DNA from: Owenia fusiformis
Taxonomy: Eukaryota
Direction of reading: 5' to 3'
Assembly: GCA_903813345.2 (NCBI GenBank)
Contig: CAIIXF020000001.1
Span: forward strand, 372,001 to 436,000
DNA length: 64,000 nucleotides
Of this stretch, positions 1-15,200 are shown one piece after another (the first letter of the stretch is position 1; the number at the start of each line of letters is the position of its first letter). A model generated the notes under the pieces. It was given only the letters and a program-made list of their open reading frames with translations, was not told where the DNA came from and made no database searches. Made by a program: the position numbers and the translations under genes.

Positions 1-448
1 ATGATCAAATTTAAATATAAAATGTTCTGTAAAGCTTTAGGAAGTGAAACTCGGTACATCTTTATTTCATATCACTATCGTTATTTCAACCACAGGACAA
101 CATCGTTCTTCACCAATAACGTATAGAAATATATAGATAAAGATTCAAAAAGATACTTTCTCTCTTCAATTGACAAATAACGAACCACAGAACGACCGCT
201 CGTGATACATTTTTTCCAGCAGTTGCTTTTTTAGTCTCAATACCATGTAATCATTGGGAAAAATTAAAAGAAAACGTTTTGCAAATCATACAATTCAAGA
301 ACACAAAAAAGAACCCATGACTTATTTTTATTCCTCGCGATTTCAGCGGGAACTTGCTCGCGATTTTTAAATCATAGCGGGGCTTTAGATACTACCCGTG
401 ATATCAGTACTCGTTCATGTTCAAGTTCTCACACAAGTGTTTTACACA

Positions 449-646
449 GTCCGTAGCCAGCTTTTACCAAGGGGTAGGAGCAGTTTTACCAAGGGCAAAG
501 CTTTTGCCTAGGGATGAACTTTTTGACAGTTTTGGCTAAAAAATCATGCTAAGTGCTCAGATTGGTGAGAAACTGCATCATTTTGAAAGAATCTCTTGGG
601 GGAGCAGCAGCTCCCTTTATCTCTCCCTCTACCTGCCTACGAGCCT
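449..646. repeat. Short interspersed MITE-like repeat; related inverted copies at ~1135-1260 and ~19128-19400
   Basis: Shared core AAAATCATG..AAGTGCTCAGA.TGGTGA.AAACTGCA; CCGTAG / CTACG.GCCTG ends. Confidence 0.45.
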
Positions 647-2507
647 GTGTACTTAACCTCTCTAATGTTCATGATCAATACTAAATGTAAAATTTTCACA
701 TTTTTCATATTTCTACTATTCATATTGACCAATCCCCATTCATGTCATTTTAACAGGTCCTCAATCCCTTGTTTTCTAGTCGTATGTGCTTTTATTATTC
801 AGTTTCACAATCTATTGTTTTGCCATGCCAGTTTTACATGTTTGCATGCTGAGTTTGTTTTATGTAATGTTTTTTTTGTCCCTTATATGGTTTACACATT
901 CACTCAGTTGAGTTGGGGTGTTGCCCAATTACTAGTTAATGTTGCCTAGAGTTTGTGACTGTACATACACAAAGTATTTCAAATAAATATTTTAGAAAAC
1001 ATTTTATATTTGATTCCCACCCAAGGGTCTTCAACTCACCCATTAACATAAACAAAACATGAACTCTAATAAAAATGCCAACAAGACTGCAAGGGAAACT
1101 TAATCTATGAATTGGACTTTGCCATATCACATGTATTAGTCCCACGACCAGGGAGGGGGAGGAGGGGGGTTGAGAGACGACCCTCTTCCCTAGGCACATT
1201 TTCTGTCAACATCCTGCAATTTTTCACCACTTTAGTACTTTTCAAGTGATGTTCGGATGATGCTTTCATTTAATTGCTTGCACTGATGGTTTCTCTTGAA
1301 AATTCATGCACATAAGGTGATCTTGTATTTCAACACAGGACCCTGAAAGCGCTATTTGAGCTTGAAGTAGAAGTATTCATAGTATTACCGTTTGTATTAT
1401 TAATCTCTATGATTTTTCAATAGGCTAACTCAGTCAGTGAATGCAGGATTAAAACACAACACACATGAGTAATTCACCCACCTATGCATGTTATTATTGA
1501 AAAACATTGCCATCTTTTACATCACTCCTAAATCATTTTTGTAAACATGCATTTTAAGAGGTTCATTTTTTCAAAAAAAAAACTCAAAAACAAACTTCAT
1601 GGAGTTCCTTACATATTTTACTTGAAGAAACATGTGTTCAAGTACAATGTAACTTTGCATGAAAAATTGTAAAAAAATGAGGGACGATGGTGAAAATGAC
1701 GAATGTATTTTGAAAAAGCTTGTTGATGGGTGGATTAAACATGGATTATAAGATAATCCAATTGATCTGGAAACTATTCTTTGAACTTTTCTTGAAGATT
1801 ATAGATTCGCCTTTCCCAAGCATTTACTTTTTACAGCCAGAAACTACTCACAAAAAAATTATCAACTGTCAAAATTATCAAAAGTCTGTTGCGATACTTT
1901 CCCTGCTCCTTTGGAAGATTTATTTTTTTCAAGAGAAAAGGACGGGTGTCATTAAGGGCCCTTTTCAGCCCCCAAAGATATCTGATAATAATGCATATCA
2001 TATTGAAGAAAAATCATTTGTGCTTTATAAAAATACAATTTCAGCGAATTTTGACCTTTGATGTTCACACAACAGTCATTTAAAGATCATATACCATTTT
2101 TGGTGTTTTTACAAAAAATTCTTTATTTATTGTTGTCTAAGTAAATAGTATATAAATATTAACCAATATAAATACATTAAAATGTAATATATGAAATACT
2201 GAAGAAAAGATACGATTAAAATTATTTTCATGGAAAAGCACATAGGGCAATATTGACAAAATGCAAATGCTATTTTGGTAGGTTCTGGGCTAGCAATGGG
2301 TACATTTCAACTGTGATTGTAATGGATTACTATTGACTTTTATCAGCATCGTAGGGCAACATTTAAGCAACTTAAGCACAAGGAAAATCAAAGATTTCCT
2401 CTCATTTCTAAAACGAGGAACAAAAGCATGAATTCAAGGAAAATAAATGATGGCCTGTGCCAAAATATATAACATAGGAGAAAGTTGTGGCACAGTAAAG
2501 GATATGT

Positions 2508-2918
2508 ATAGGATATCATATGATTTTAAATGATTTTATCTTTATCTCCGAGTTGATATCAATATCTTGCCAAGTGAGCATAGCGAATTAGCGCAGATAT
2601 TGATATCAATGAGTTGGATTAACACAATATCACGAAAATTCATAGGATGTTCTACTTTTCCCATAGTTCACCTCTAAAACTAAACAAAGCATATCAAAAC
2701 AACATCCATTCATTCATTCATCCCTGTGATGTCATGAAATCACTATGTAACAAAACACATCATATTGGTGGTAGTTTTCAAATCCCTGCCAAAAGGTGAT
2801 ATCTGTGAAATATTTTCAGTATTCCACAGATATCACTTTTTCCACGCATTTGCAAAATATCATAAATATGTTTTCATGTTACCTAACAGAGCGGAACAGA
2901 GTTCAACTATGGGATAAA
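2508..2918 (+). mobile_element. Hairpin + IR-cassette non-autonomous element, related to 6997-7616
   Basis: Imperfect hairpin with GTGAGCATAGCGAA loop, then TTTCCCATAGTT...AACTATGGGATAAA. Confidence 0.55.
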
Positions 2919-5058
2919 GAATAAAAAATAGGTACATAATTGAATTACCACTCCAAAAATATTAATAAATATGAGGGTTTAAAGAAAGAATATTGAATAT
3001 GAGATTCAAAAAGACAAGTGGCCTCATGTCTCACATTACCCAAACCCCAGATCCTCGATGTCATATATACTTGTACACTGTATATCAATGTTATTTACTG
3101 GGAGGATTAAATATGGAGTGTATAGCAATGGTCAATACGATATTTCCAGATGGATATTTTTTCCCTAGAAGCGGAACCCAAACTCAGTCATGACATAGAA
3201 GCTAACTTTTGCAATTAATAGAAACTTGTTTTTTATTATATTTTTGTGTTTTATATTTGAGATGAAATAATATGAGATTCATTTCTACAAGAGAATGGAA
3301 CGAATGTGAACTTGTATATTGAGCTATACTCCTTTTCTGAATAAACAGAACAACATTTTATCCAAGCCAATGAAGAAAACCAAGGCCAATGAGTGTAATT
3401 TATGTCCAGTTAAACTAACACAATAACAACTTTTTGTCTGGACTCACTTATTATGTAAGAATGAATTGTATTACTGTTTACTGCATTAAATGTCAAGTAT
3501 ACTATCTGTATTTAATTTCAAATGCCTATCTCACTTATTGAAAGTATACAAGAAATGTTATTTTGAAACAAATTCAGCACAACCAAAACCATGTCCACAT
3601 AATATGACAAATCCAAGATGGCTGCCACAATTTTAGATCCATGCACATGTGAAGAAGTTAGAAATACACATGGTCCACAAGTCCCATCCCCAATAAAATG
3701 GGAAGTTTAAGGTTTTCACACATATCAACTCTATTCCTATATACTTTATATTTGTGGTAAGGCTTGTGATCTAGGTAAACTTAACATGTTCATGTACCTC
3801 CTATCCTCTGAAGCTAAAACCAGAAATAGTGACTTCAATTGAGAAAAATGAATCTTATGGGCTCCATATACATTTTGAGTGGCTGTCCGGCTACAGTTAG
3901 ATACTACTGATAATCTGAGATTGAAAATTATGTCAAGTTTAGTCCTCAGCCTCTCATAATGGATAACTTCGAGGTAATTGTGTTGTTACTGCAAAAACCT
4001 CTATTTCTTCATCACAAATCTACCATCTTTTGCATCTGTCAAAACCCTTCATTTCATGTTAATTTTCAGACTTTTGCTTGTGCCATCATTAAATATATAT
4101 ATTCAACTTGTTATTCAGAATATTTTAAGAACTTTTCATGAATTTTTTTATTTTCACACTTTTGAAAAAATGACTAAGTCAGAGAATGGCCTCTTAATGG
4201 CATGTCCCCTTTACAACTGAATTGCCAAATGAATAGGCGCAGTGCATGGCAAAATATGTTAGGTCATCTAGTGTTTTTTTTGAACTGATACCCTTCTAAG
4301 ATATGAGATCTATTAAGAAAGGCGCATCATCACCAACGTGCAAAAGTCAATGTTTTTGCTATAAATCGGGCAACAATGGTCTATACACGACCTGTAATAA
4401 ATAGGTATAAGGGACGTTATTATCACAATACTAATGACATTGCTCACTTTTAAAGTTAGTTTCTAAGCGTTATACAAAAAATAATCGTAATAAATTAATA
4501 TCGGGTGGAGGGGGGGGGGGGGGTCGGATGGAGGGGGATCACGTGTACATAAGACATGATAAGACATGCTACTTGAATTTATTCTTATAACTCCAAATTT
4601 TCCCATTTTTCATTCTCCAGAGATATAATATCCAGTTTCTTACTGGGGTACTGAGTTTTGTTTTTTAAAATACACGAGTTCTTGTGAATTTGTTCCATCG
4701 TAAAGACATATAAATCCCCCTTTATTTATCTTTTAGCATTTATTCGGAGGTTTGTACTGAAATCAACATTTATCAACATGGCGTAAACTCAACATAATAT
4801 TTTTAATACGTTTTCGCCAATTACCAAGACGCCTTGGAATGTCACGTGTAGTGTAAATAGGGCTAATATGAATTTATTCGAAAAATTAAATATCCTGCAG
4901 ACATCCTGCATTCCGACAGATGTATAACATTTTACCACATAATATTGCTGTATCTAAGATGATCCCAATACAGATTTAATTTGTAATTATTTGAAATTCA
5001 TGCCTCGGCGTTTTGCTTAGTCTAAAAATATAAAAAAAGTCTTGGTAAACGTGCTGCA

Positions 5059-5230
5059 CGGTAAAACCTGTATCAATGAACATCTTTCTCTAGTGAACAC
5101 CTCTTCTTATCACACATTACTCTGACATCTATATCACACATTATTGGATTTCCTCTATGTAGTGAACATCTACTAACTGGTAACACATTTGGGGCTCCAT
5201 ATGTGTTCACTGTGCACATGTTTTACTGTA
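5059..5230. mobile_element. Small Tc1/pogo-like MITE
   Basis: CGGTAAAACCTGT...CATGTTTTACTGTA ends; internal GTGAACA repeats. Confidence 0.5.
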
Positions 5231-6383
5231 GTTGCATCAGATAACCATAACTCTTATTCAGATAAAGAACAATCTTAAAATCTAATTTTGCCTTTTCGTA
5301 TTTCAAGATGCACTCCACTTACCTTTTGGAACAACTATAGAAGGTAGAACAATCCACAGTTCATACCATCATATGTATTTAGCTTCATCTTCATCAAATA
5401 ATTTTACTTCATATAATCAAGTTACCGTAAAAATGACCATGTCAGGTGATGGATCCAAAGAAGGCAATATGAAATGAAGTTGACTATCATTTTGATGAGT
5501 TACCGTGCATAAGTTGGATAAAAGAGATAAAAGCTTAAAGAGTGGTCGTATATACATCCCAGAATTTGAATTGTGTACTTTTATAACGTTTCATTTTTCA
5601 TAATACTTTACGAAAGAGATTTGACACGTTCGCTCCTCTAAAGTGAAGTTGTAAAAGATATATTATATATCTAAAACGTATTTTAGATTAGAAACTGCTC
5701 CGTCACAGCGGACAATAAATTTAAACATTATTTTTTATAACAAAATTAAAAATACCCAATACATAAAGATCCCAGTAATACCTTCAGAGTTATGCTGAAA
5801 ACATATGTAAATATTATCTTGTCACTATATTGTACCATTAAAAAGAAATAAAAATGGTACATTTTGGAGTATGATACTCCGGCGCCGTTTTCAATAGCTT
5901 TTACTCTTAGCGTTGTTGGACAGAAGTTAAAGTTAAACGCAAATGATATATCCATTGCATGGAGTAGGTAATTTTCTTTGATATAGCGAAACACATGAGT
6001 AAAAATATATTGTGTGGATTTCCTAGTGTTTCTATGCAAAATAGCACGGTCCGTCACAGCGGACAAATGTTTCGATACCAGCCTGTGATAAATTCATAAT
6101 TAGCCATCCAAAAGATTTAAACGAATCTCTTGATCACTTCTTGTGTGATAAAATATGTACTGAGTGACATCTATAATTAGATCTAAAGAATATTTTGGTG
6201 AATATTCCAAATTCGATTTTTTTGTTAGTATGTTGTGTATTTTAATTTGTGTGGAATAAAAGATAAGTTCATTGCTCCACTGTGAAAGTGTTTCAGGACT
6301 TTTTTGTCTCATAATTTCCTTTGTTTATATTCAAAGCAAGGAATAAAAGTTAAACGTTTTACGACAATAAAACCCCAGCGGGA

Positions 6384-8111
6384 GATATATAGAGATTATC
6401 CTATATGAGGTTCAGGATATTGGGATTATCCCGAGGCCAATATAATATATTTGCCCGAGGGCCGCAGGTCCCGAGGGAAAATATATTATATTGACCAAGG
6501 GATAATCCCAATATCCTGAACCGACTATAGGATAATATGTTTATCCCATACCAATCTTGGTCATCTGGTTCACATTGTTCAATCGTGGAAATATTTTAGA
6601 ATATTCATGTCCAGTTTGTTTTCTTGGCCGTGGGTGGATTTTTCTGTTCTCTCAAATATTCCCACATCTATTTTCTCGAATTTTTTAAGTGGATGCTCCT
6701 TCCCTTTTTTAATCCATCAAACAGATCCCGATTGTCTGTGTTTTCTCCATTGTCGTTTACAGTCATTACGCGAACGCTACAAATTATGAACAAATATGCG
6801 AGCGGCGATTATGACGTAGCGGGCAGATATACTATATCTGCCCGCTCGGAGCGGGACGTAAAGCTATATCTGCCCGCTGATGAAAATATAAGTTTTTACA
6901 AACCGGCTTTATGTACCTGTAACACGTCCAAGTATGGGATAAACGAATTTATCCCATACTTGGACGTGTTACAGGTACATAAAGCCGGTTTGTAAATACA
7001 GAATATCACATCATTTTGAGTGATATCATTTTTATCGCGGAGTTGATATCAAATATCAACACGAGTGAGCGAAGCGAATGAGTGTTGATATTTGATATCT
7101 ACGAGGCGATAAAATGATATCACGAGAAATTATGTGATATTGGGTTTATCCCGTGATTACAATCACCTTGTGATGTTCTGATCCAATTTCCAGGACATTG
7201 GCAGACAATGTAAACTAGAAATTAGAATATCAATTGAATATTTGAAACACTTTATTTTAACAATTAAAAGTAAATAACATGATATAGTTCGTCATAAATA
7301 CCATTTTTTAATCGTTAGTTAGGAGCCTTCTAATCAGATTATGTACACAATCGTAATTCAATGCACCAATGAAACTTAAAGAGAATAAATTAACGGACCT
7401 ATTTTCTCAAAAGATAATAAATTATCTGAACTAATTTCCAACAATATTGTGGCGCGAAATGCAAATGTGATATCACACGGATATGCGTGAGATAAACGAT
7501 ATCACACGCATATGAGTTTGATAAACGATTTTCTGGAAAATATCACACGGATTTCAATAATATCAGAAATATCAATAGCTGTTATTGCACAGATAACACA
7601 TTAATCGTGGGATAAAACCTTATATTTTCATCAGCGGGCAGATATAGCTTTACGTCCCGCTCCGAGCGTGCAGATATAGTATATCTGCCCGCTACGTCAT
7701 AATCGCTGTTCCCGTATTGGTTCGTTGTTGTAACGTTCGCATATTGTAAACGACAATGGAGAAAAACGCAGACAATCGCGATCTGTTTGATGCTTTTAAG
7801 AAGAGAAGGAGCAGTATGCCCCGTTAATATTCAAATATTTGAACAGGAAAATCCGGCTACGGATAAGAATACAAAACTGGACATAAATATTTTAAAATAA
7901 TTCCAAGGTTGGTTACAAAGTCTCTTAACTGTGGCCAATTGAATTGGACAATGTGATTTGTATGGGATAAACAGATCATCCTATAGTCGGTTCAGGATAT
8001 GGGGATTATCCCTTGGCCAATATAATATATCTACCCTCGTGCAGATATATTATATTGGCCTCGGGATAATCCCAATATCCTGAACCTCATATAGGATAAT
8101 CTCTATATATC
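6384..8111. mobile_element. Two tail-to-tail copies of a hairpin + IR-cassette element, with a related element (6997-7616) inserted in the second copy
   Basis: Inverted homology between 6384-6943 and 6948-6996 + 7617-8111; perfect 49-bp palindrome at 6895-6996. Confidence 0.8.
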
Positions 8112-8185
8112 AACCGCTCACCTCAGATATCAATTATATTCCCGCATGTTATTTACCTATAACACTACTAAGTATGAAATAAATA

Positions 8186-8680
8186 AGGGTTATGTACTGG
8201 GAGGTTTTGGATACAGGGTTTATCCCAAGAGAAATATGTGTATCTCACGAGGGACCGAGGGAGATACACATATTTCCCGCGGGATAAACACTGTATCCAA
8301 AACCGACCGTACATAACTGGTGTATCTCATACTTGAGTGGGTTTGGGGTAGATATAACCTTTACCACCTTTTTCAAATGACAAGATAGGCCTATACTGTA
8401 AAAGTACAATTTATATTTAACATTTTCATAATATTCCTTCAGTTCAATACAATAGAATTGTAACATTTAAACTTTTTGAAAAATTTTGAACTTCTGAAAT
8501 TTAAATTTTTAAAATTTTTAAAACTTTTGAAAAAATTCCCGGGAGCGGGATGGATATATTATATCTGACCGCATTTGGCTTAGAGCGGGACATATACAAT
8601 ATATCCTGCCCGCTCCTCAGATATGATATATATTCCCGGGTGATATCTACCCCAAACCCACTCAAGTATGAAATACACCT
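8186..8680 (+). mobile_element. Hairpin + IR-cassette element
   Basis: Hairpin at 8190-8317; IR GGTGTATCTCATACTTGAGTGGGTTTGGGGTAGATAT at ~8319 with its reverse complement at ~8643-8680. Confidence 0.65.
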
Positions 8681-9203
8681 CAATATCTACATATAGGTTT
8701 ATATTTTATATCTGAAAGGGAAAATGTATTCATGCGTGAAAACATCTTTAATCCTGAGATAGATAAGTACATTGACGTATGTGTAAGGTAGACTTTCTCA
8801 GTCTGATGATGGTCTGTTCAGTAGGACTTTATTATTCAGCTGGTGTTCCCTAAGAAACGCGACACTGTATTGGCTTGGATTTCACGAGAAACAAGAGGAT
8901 GACAATATCGTGACCATATAAACTCAATACTTTCAACAGTCCGAACCTCTGCACAGCTTGATGTGGTTTGAATGTGAGGTAAGCGACCTCCGTCATACGT
9001 AAAGATCCAAAAAGTCCAATCGCTGAAAGGGCATGCGCAAATGATCAGGAGCCAAATCCAATGACATGCGAATAGGCAGAGAAAGACATAAGGTTTACGG
9101 ATTTAATAGCCCTCTTTAATTTCTCGCTCGTATAAGAGCGCAAGACATGGCAAATTAATGATATCCTTAGAAGGCCGCTGTTTCTGCGGCAAGTCGAGAA
9201 TAA

Positions 9204-9270
9204 ATGGCCGTTTTTACTTTATGCATCTTTGCATTGGCATCACTCAGTGGAAACTTCGAATTAACAAGCG
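9204..9270 (+). CDS. GRL101: Exon 1 (putative): signal peptide [22 protein letters not shown]
   Basis: ATG directly after an in-frame TAA; hydrophobic core; G|GTATGT donor in phase 1 matches exon 2. Confidence 0.6.
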
Positions 9271-12200
9271 GTATGTATTCATATTTATAATATCTAAAAA
9301 TTGAGCATGAGAATCGTTTAGTTTATTTGCGATAATTTGAGATTACTATTATTATTCAATGTAGCCTCAAAACTTGTAGTCGAGCGTTATTACTTAAAGA
9401 TAACATTCCACGTTGACTTAAGGTCTCATTCCATAATTGCAGATTGTTTTTATTTGATTTGTTTTACAGGCACATTTATCGTACTTTATTGTATAAATGA
9501 TACTTTATTGTATGAACGTGACGACGTACGTATATTTACAAAGTTATTTATGATATGTCACACGCTCTTTTCTCATAGAGTGAATTGTGCTTTGGATTAA
9601 ATCAAGACAAGTTTTCGATAGGGCAATCGCGTAATAGTTTAACTTATGTTTACTACCATTTGTCAGACGTCATTAAACTTAATGACCATGAAATTAAGTT
9701 TCTGTCCAGTTATCTTCAACAAATGGTATTTAGATATTGTTCAAAATATGTCAAACTATGGGTTCATGGTTATAATGCTTGTCAGCTAGATTTTAACAAC
9801 ATACGGTAGTTCCATGATCTTAAAAGCTCTTGAAACAGATTGAGTTATTTACGCATTTGATTCTTGCACGACGCAAATTGAAACGTCCAGCACACATTTA
9901 TTTTAAACCCAATTATTGTTTAAATGATCGCTAAATAATAATTGATCGGAAAGTTTAAATCATTTCATTTATCTAACTTAATCTAGTTTTATATAAACGG
10001 GGGTTATGTGATCACCAATATTTGTGATATAATCATTTTGTGGTATACAACTCCATGACCATATCAATATCCATGACCATATCAATATCCATGACCATAT
10101 CAATATCCATGACCATATCAATATCCACGAACACAACCAAGCGAAAATCTAAAATGACGACAACAGCGGGATTGGTCTGTAATTTTGGAAAGTAGCATTA
10201 AATAAAAGCTATCAATTCAAATGGGAACGTCCAAACATAATCAAGCGAATATGGTTATGACATTAAAGGTATCCCCAAGGTCTCAAAATGCCATTCCAGT
10301 TAAACTGTATAGTAAGTTAAGCTACATGCAAATCATTGCAATTTCTGTTGATAGACTAACAACTCGTAAGAATCAACGTGTCATTACATACCACATTGGT
10401 CATTTATTCAGTAACAGTTTATCGATGAATAACACTTTGATTTGTCAAGGGATTTACATTTTAGCATTTCTAGATTGCAAGGGTTGTTAACAAATTGAGG
10501 GATCACACGAAGAAATTTCTTTGTTTACGAACCAAATAAATAAAATAAATAATATCACCCGTTTTTGATCGATCGAATATTCGATACCTCGCGTATGATA
10601 TATTCAGAAAAACTTGAATTTTAGTAGAACTATCCGATTTCGAAAAGCACACTGGTTCGTTAAAGAATAAACTTTGTGATCAAATCTTTTCCTTAAGGAT
10701 TTGATTGAAATAAATGGGTTTCTAAATGGATGGAGCTGTTTCAAAGAAAGGATGTACACTCCATTCGTAAGTTTGGAAACCCAGATTTCAAAACTGCATG
10801 TTAAGGAAGTTGTCGTACAGTGTTGTATATTGTATTGTTATATTCGTACAGTAGATGTCCACCTAGAATCGAAGCATTATGACCTAAATATTATGTTTAC
10901 GCAGCCGAAATGCGGCTTAAACTAGGAGGGCATTCTATCGTCTTGACAGGGAAAGATACGATTAGATTAAATCATTCGAATAAGACTCTCACTGAGATAA
11001 CACAGGAGGCGAAAGAGTAATATCTAAATGACCTTAGTGCTCTCAAACCTTATAATTTGCTCAAGCTATCAATTATGAATTATTAAGATGAGTTGAAAAT
11101 TTGAATTAACTTCACTGCTTGATTTTATCAATATATGTGAATCAATATTCCTGTATATTCATCTTTGCTAAGAGAAAAATAGATTCTGTATTTAAGTTCA
11201 AATATAATGTTTCAAGAATTAAGATTGTTCTCATACCACATCTGTTTTGTTTTCCGCCAAAGTTGTTTATTTAACAATGGCATATGTATGTACATTGTAT
11301 GAATATTTAGGAAATATTAAATTCGAAATTTCGAAAGAAATTACACATGATCATCTTAGCCGCTGCTTATATTTATGGAACATTTTCCATTTACACTGTT
11401 GCTCATATACAGGGTGTCCCGAAAGTACGGCCCCCTAGGCAGACATATTCCAATGTCCTCATAGTATGTGTCATATATCATTTTAAAGCTTATCCAAAGA
11501 TACATTGATTTGCCAAGTATCATTTCCAAATGGGAAAAAGTTACAGTCATTTTAAAAGTTAATGTTTTGTCAAAATAAAGTTCAATTTTACACCACATTA
11601 CTAGTCAATGTGTCCCCCTTGGCCATGTAAACAGCAGCAATTATTTTCAGATATGACTTTAAAAGCCCTTCAAATAGGGGTGTGGAATTTTATAACCCTC
11701 TAAAAAACTGTTAAGGGACTTTAGAAGAGTTTCCTTAGAGTTTCTACCCTCACCGTTCTCTTTTCTAACTCAATATCCATCCGACCCGAAAAGCATTACT
11801 GCTGTCAAGATGGCCCAGGAGGACACATTGACTAGCGATTTGGTGTAAAATTGAACTTAATTTAGACCAAACACTAAATTGTGAAATGCCTGTAATTTTT
11901 TCACGTTTGAGAGTTGAACCATGATACTTGGCGAATCAATGTAACTTTGAATGAGCTTTAAAATGATATACGAGTATGACACATACTATGATGACACTGG
12001 TATATATGTCTGCCTGGGGGGGGCATACTTTCGGGACACCCTGTATATGGAACATTTTCCATTTACACCACTGCTCATATATATGAAACGTTTTCCATTT
12101 ACACCGCTGTCCATATATGTGGAATATTTTCCATTTTCACCGCTGCTCATATTTATGGAACATTTTCCATTTACACCGCTGCTCATATTTATGGAACATT

Positions 12201-15200
12201 TTCCATTTACACCGCTGCTCATATATATGGAACATTTTCCATTTACACCGCTGTCCATATATATGGAACATTTTCCATTTAAAACGCTGTCCATATTTAT
12301 GGAATATTTTCCATTTATACCGCTTCTCATATTTATGGAACATTCCCCATTTATACCACTGCTCATATTTATGGAACATTTTCCATTTATACCACTGCTC
12401 ATATTTATGGAAAATTCCCCATTTATACCACTGCTCATATTTATGGAACATTTTCCATTTATACCACTGGTCATATTTATGGAACATTCCCCATTTATAC
12501 CACTGCTCATATTTATGGAACATTTTCCATTTACACCGCTGCTCATATCTATGGAACATTTCTATTTACACTGTTGCTTATTTATATGGAACATTTTCCA
12601 TTTGCCATTGATCCGCTCTCAAATAAATGAATCATGATTATGTACTGATTCTGTTAAGTGATCAAAAGGCTAATAGCTATAAATCTCATTTAATTAATCT
12701 TAAAATTAATAATGACACGTAACTTACACAATCAAAATATTTGAGCCTTAGACCTTTCTGTCTCACCTGTAGTGGCTTGCCCTTTTGGCTAAAGTGGTAT
12801 TAAAGTGGTATTATTATATTATATAGCGTCAGCCTCGTGAGCGAGTGGTCCTGGGCTCGATGGCTGGCTGCAATATCATTTAGTTTGTTTCCCTTACTTT
12901 GCCTTAGGTTTATGGGGAATGAGGGTTACGCCCATTGAACCTGTAATGTTCCAGAAACATGAGCAACAGTGTGTTCGTGAAAGGAGCCATAGAATTGATT
13001 ATAGAACATAGCAAGAAATCAGTTTTATAAAATTAATCAAAAATTAGACAGTTAATTTAGTTAATTGGTATTTCCAAGCTATTAGTATTAACTAGACCGA
13101 AATACATACGTGCATGTATCTGCTAATAAATGTTCTTTCTTTTTCCCAAACCCTTGTTGAATACTAAATCGCTAGAGAGTAGAGCTCAGAAACAATCAAT
13201 TCCCTGTCGGTAATTTCGACTTTGGGTATGGTCCAGTGAATGTTATCAATATTCAAGCTTTAGCTAAGAATGAACAAAAATGAAATATCCCAAGTTTTGA
13301 TTATTTATGTTACAACATTATAACTCAGATCAGTGTGACTTATTAAATAAGAGAGTGGTAGGAATAGTGGTAGAGACATGGTTGCCGGGACAACCTTTTA
13401 CCATATACATGTACCATTGAAGCGTGATATGTATGCATGTATGTATTTCATCTTGTCATCGATTTGAAAAGTACCCGCTTTCCGGAAAATATCAGATTCA
13501 GGAAGTTGAGGCGAAGTTATAGACAAAGGGCACTAAGATGAGGCGACTTATATCCAAAGGGCATGAAGATAAGGCAACTTATATCCAAAGGGCATGAAGA
13601 TAAGGCGACTTATATCCAAAGGGTATGACAATGAGGCGACTCATATCCAAAGGGCATGACGATAAGGCGACTTATATCCAAAGGGTATGAAAACGAGGCG
13701 ACTTCTATCCAAAGGGCATGAAGAGGAGGCAAAATGTAACGGTGGTACAACACATATAAATAAACACCGATTTGTTTTTCAAATGAAATATAAATGTCAT
13801 TCAAGAGCATTATGAGTTCATTTTTCTATGAATTGCAGTTTTAGAACAACACAATTGCAACTAGAGTAAGAGTAAAAGCTACTATTTTACCATTATAGTG
13901 GTAACTTTGCAAGATATCAGGCTTGCGCAAAAAGCATTTTGACATCAGTCTTAATTTCAAAGCTTTATAGTTAAGTGTTTTTTAATTTCGGATGTGTGTT
14001 TACCTCTATATGGAAGCATGTAACATCTGCCACAGAATTCCTTAAGAACCATAGTGATGCATCGACCGATTTCAATTTAATAAAGTCATTTAACATCTTA
14101 TGTTTGTTCTGGTATGGCAACACATTTTACCAATTCTGCAGTTGAACAATCAAGCACAACTTATAAGGATTAACTTAAAAACATAACTGTATAATTAATG
14201 ATCTTGCTAAGTCATTAAAGGTTTTGTGTATAAAAACGATACCTGGCAAACTCAGAAAAACTCCGAGACGGCAAATATAAAGTCTCAAAATGCTGCCAAT
14301 GGAACTTATATCACATTTAATCAAATTTGAAACAAACATATAGTAAGACGGTTTAAACCAATTCAGGACACGAGCATCAATGGCCTGAATATATATGGAG
14401 ACTGAGGAACAAAATGTAAAGGGATAACCTTTTCTTCTGATTAACTCCACAGTTCAAGCACAGTTCCTTTAGATACAAGTATCACATGTTGAAAAGGCGG
14501 AAATCGCCAGGCCCATTCATATAATTTGTAATATAAGTTGGACATTCGACAATTATTGAAAAATAGATCAATCAATTAAAATCTAATCAAGAATTATTTT
14601 GGGAAAACGATTCAAAATCAATATGAGGCTTATGAAATGAAGTACGAAGGGTTATCATAAAGTTCTCCTATAGTATATCTGTAAAACAAACAAATTAAAA
14701 CGATTTTCATTCATTTTTGCACAAATGTTGTATAATACACCACTTACCTATCTAGCGTACAAATAACATTAAGATAGAACAAAAAAGGAGTGGGTTTTAA
14801 CCAACATTCAATCTGCACTTCTATGCAAGTTTTACCTAAATTTTGACTTCAGAATTGTTGATTCACAAATTAAGGATTCAGCTGGAAAACCAGTTTCCCT
14901 TAGCTAGTATACATTTGTGACACCACATGACACGTGATATTTAAACTTATTCTATAAGGTACATGTATGTGAGCATAGTAAGGTGATAAAAGGAGGTATT
15001 ATGAGAGAAGTGTTATTTAATTGTACTTTGCCCCGGGTCACATCATTACTGGTTACTATAGCAACCATATATTATTTAATCCTCATGTTGATATAGATGT
15101 TTCATGATGAATCAATACACTATTGCATTTTACACATCCTCAAAAATATCAAAAGATAAAGATAATAGAGAGGTAATGTGAGAACTTTATGATCACCCCT

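Noticed and set aside
5698-6066. Direct repeat TCCGTCACAGCGGACAA at ~5699 and ~6050
   Set aside because: Probably an internal motif of an old element; boundaries could not be defined.
596-6312. Short ORFs upstream of the receptor as a second gene
   Set aside because: No domain-like sequence and no consistent exon chain found on either strand.
8900-9170. TATA-like CATATAAA (~8915) and GAG|GTAAGC donor (~8979) as promoter or 5'UTR exon
   Set aside because: Plausible, but such motifs are common in AT-rich DNA; needs transcript data.
11951-12637. Four long repetitive ORFs (up to 228 aa)
   Set aside because: They are translations of the 36-bp minisatellite, open on both strands, with no splice or domain support.
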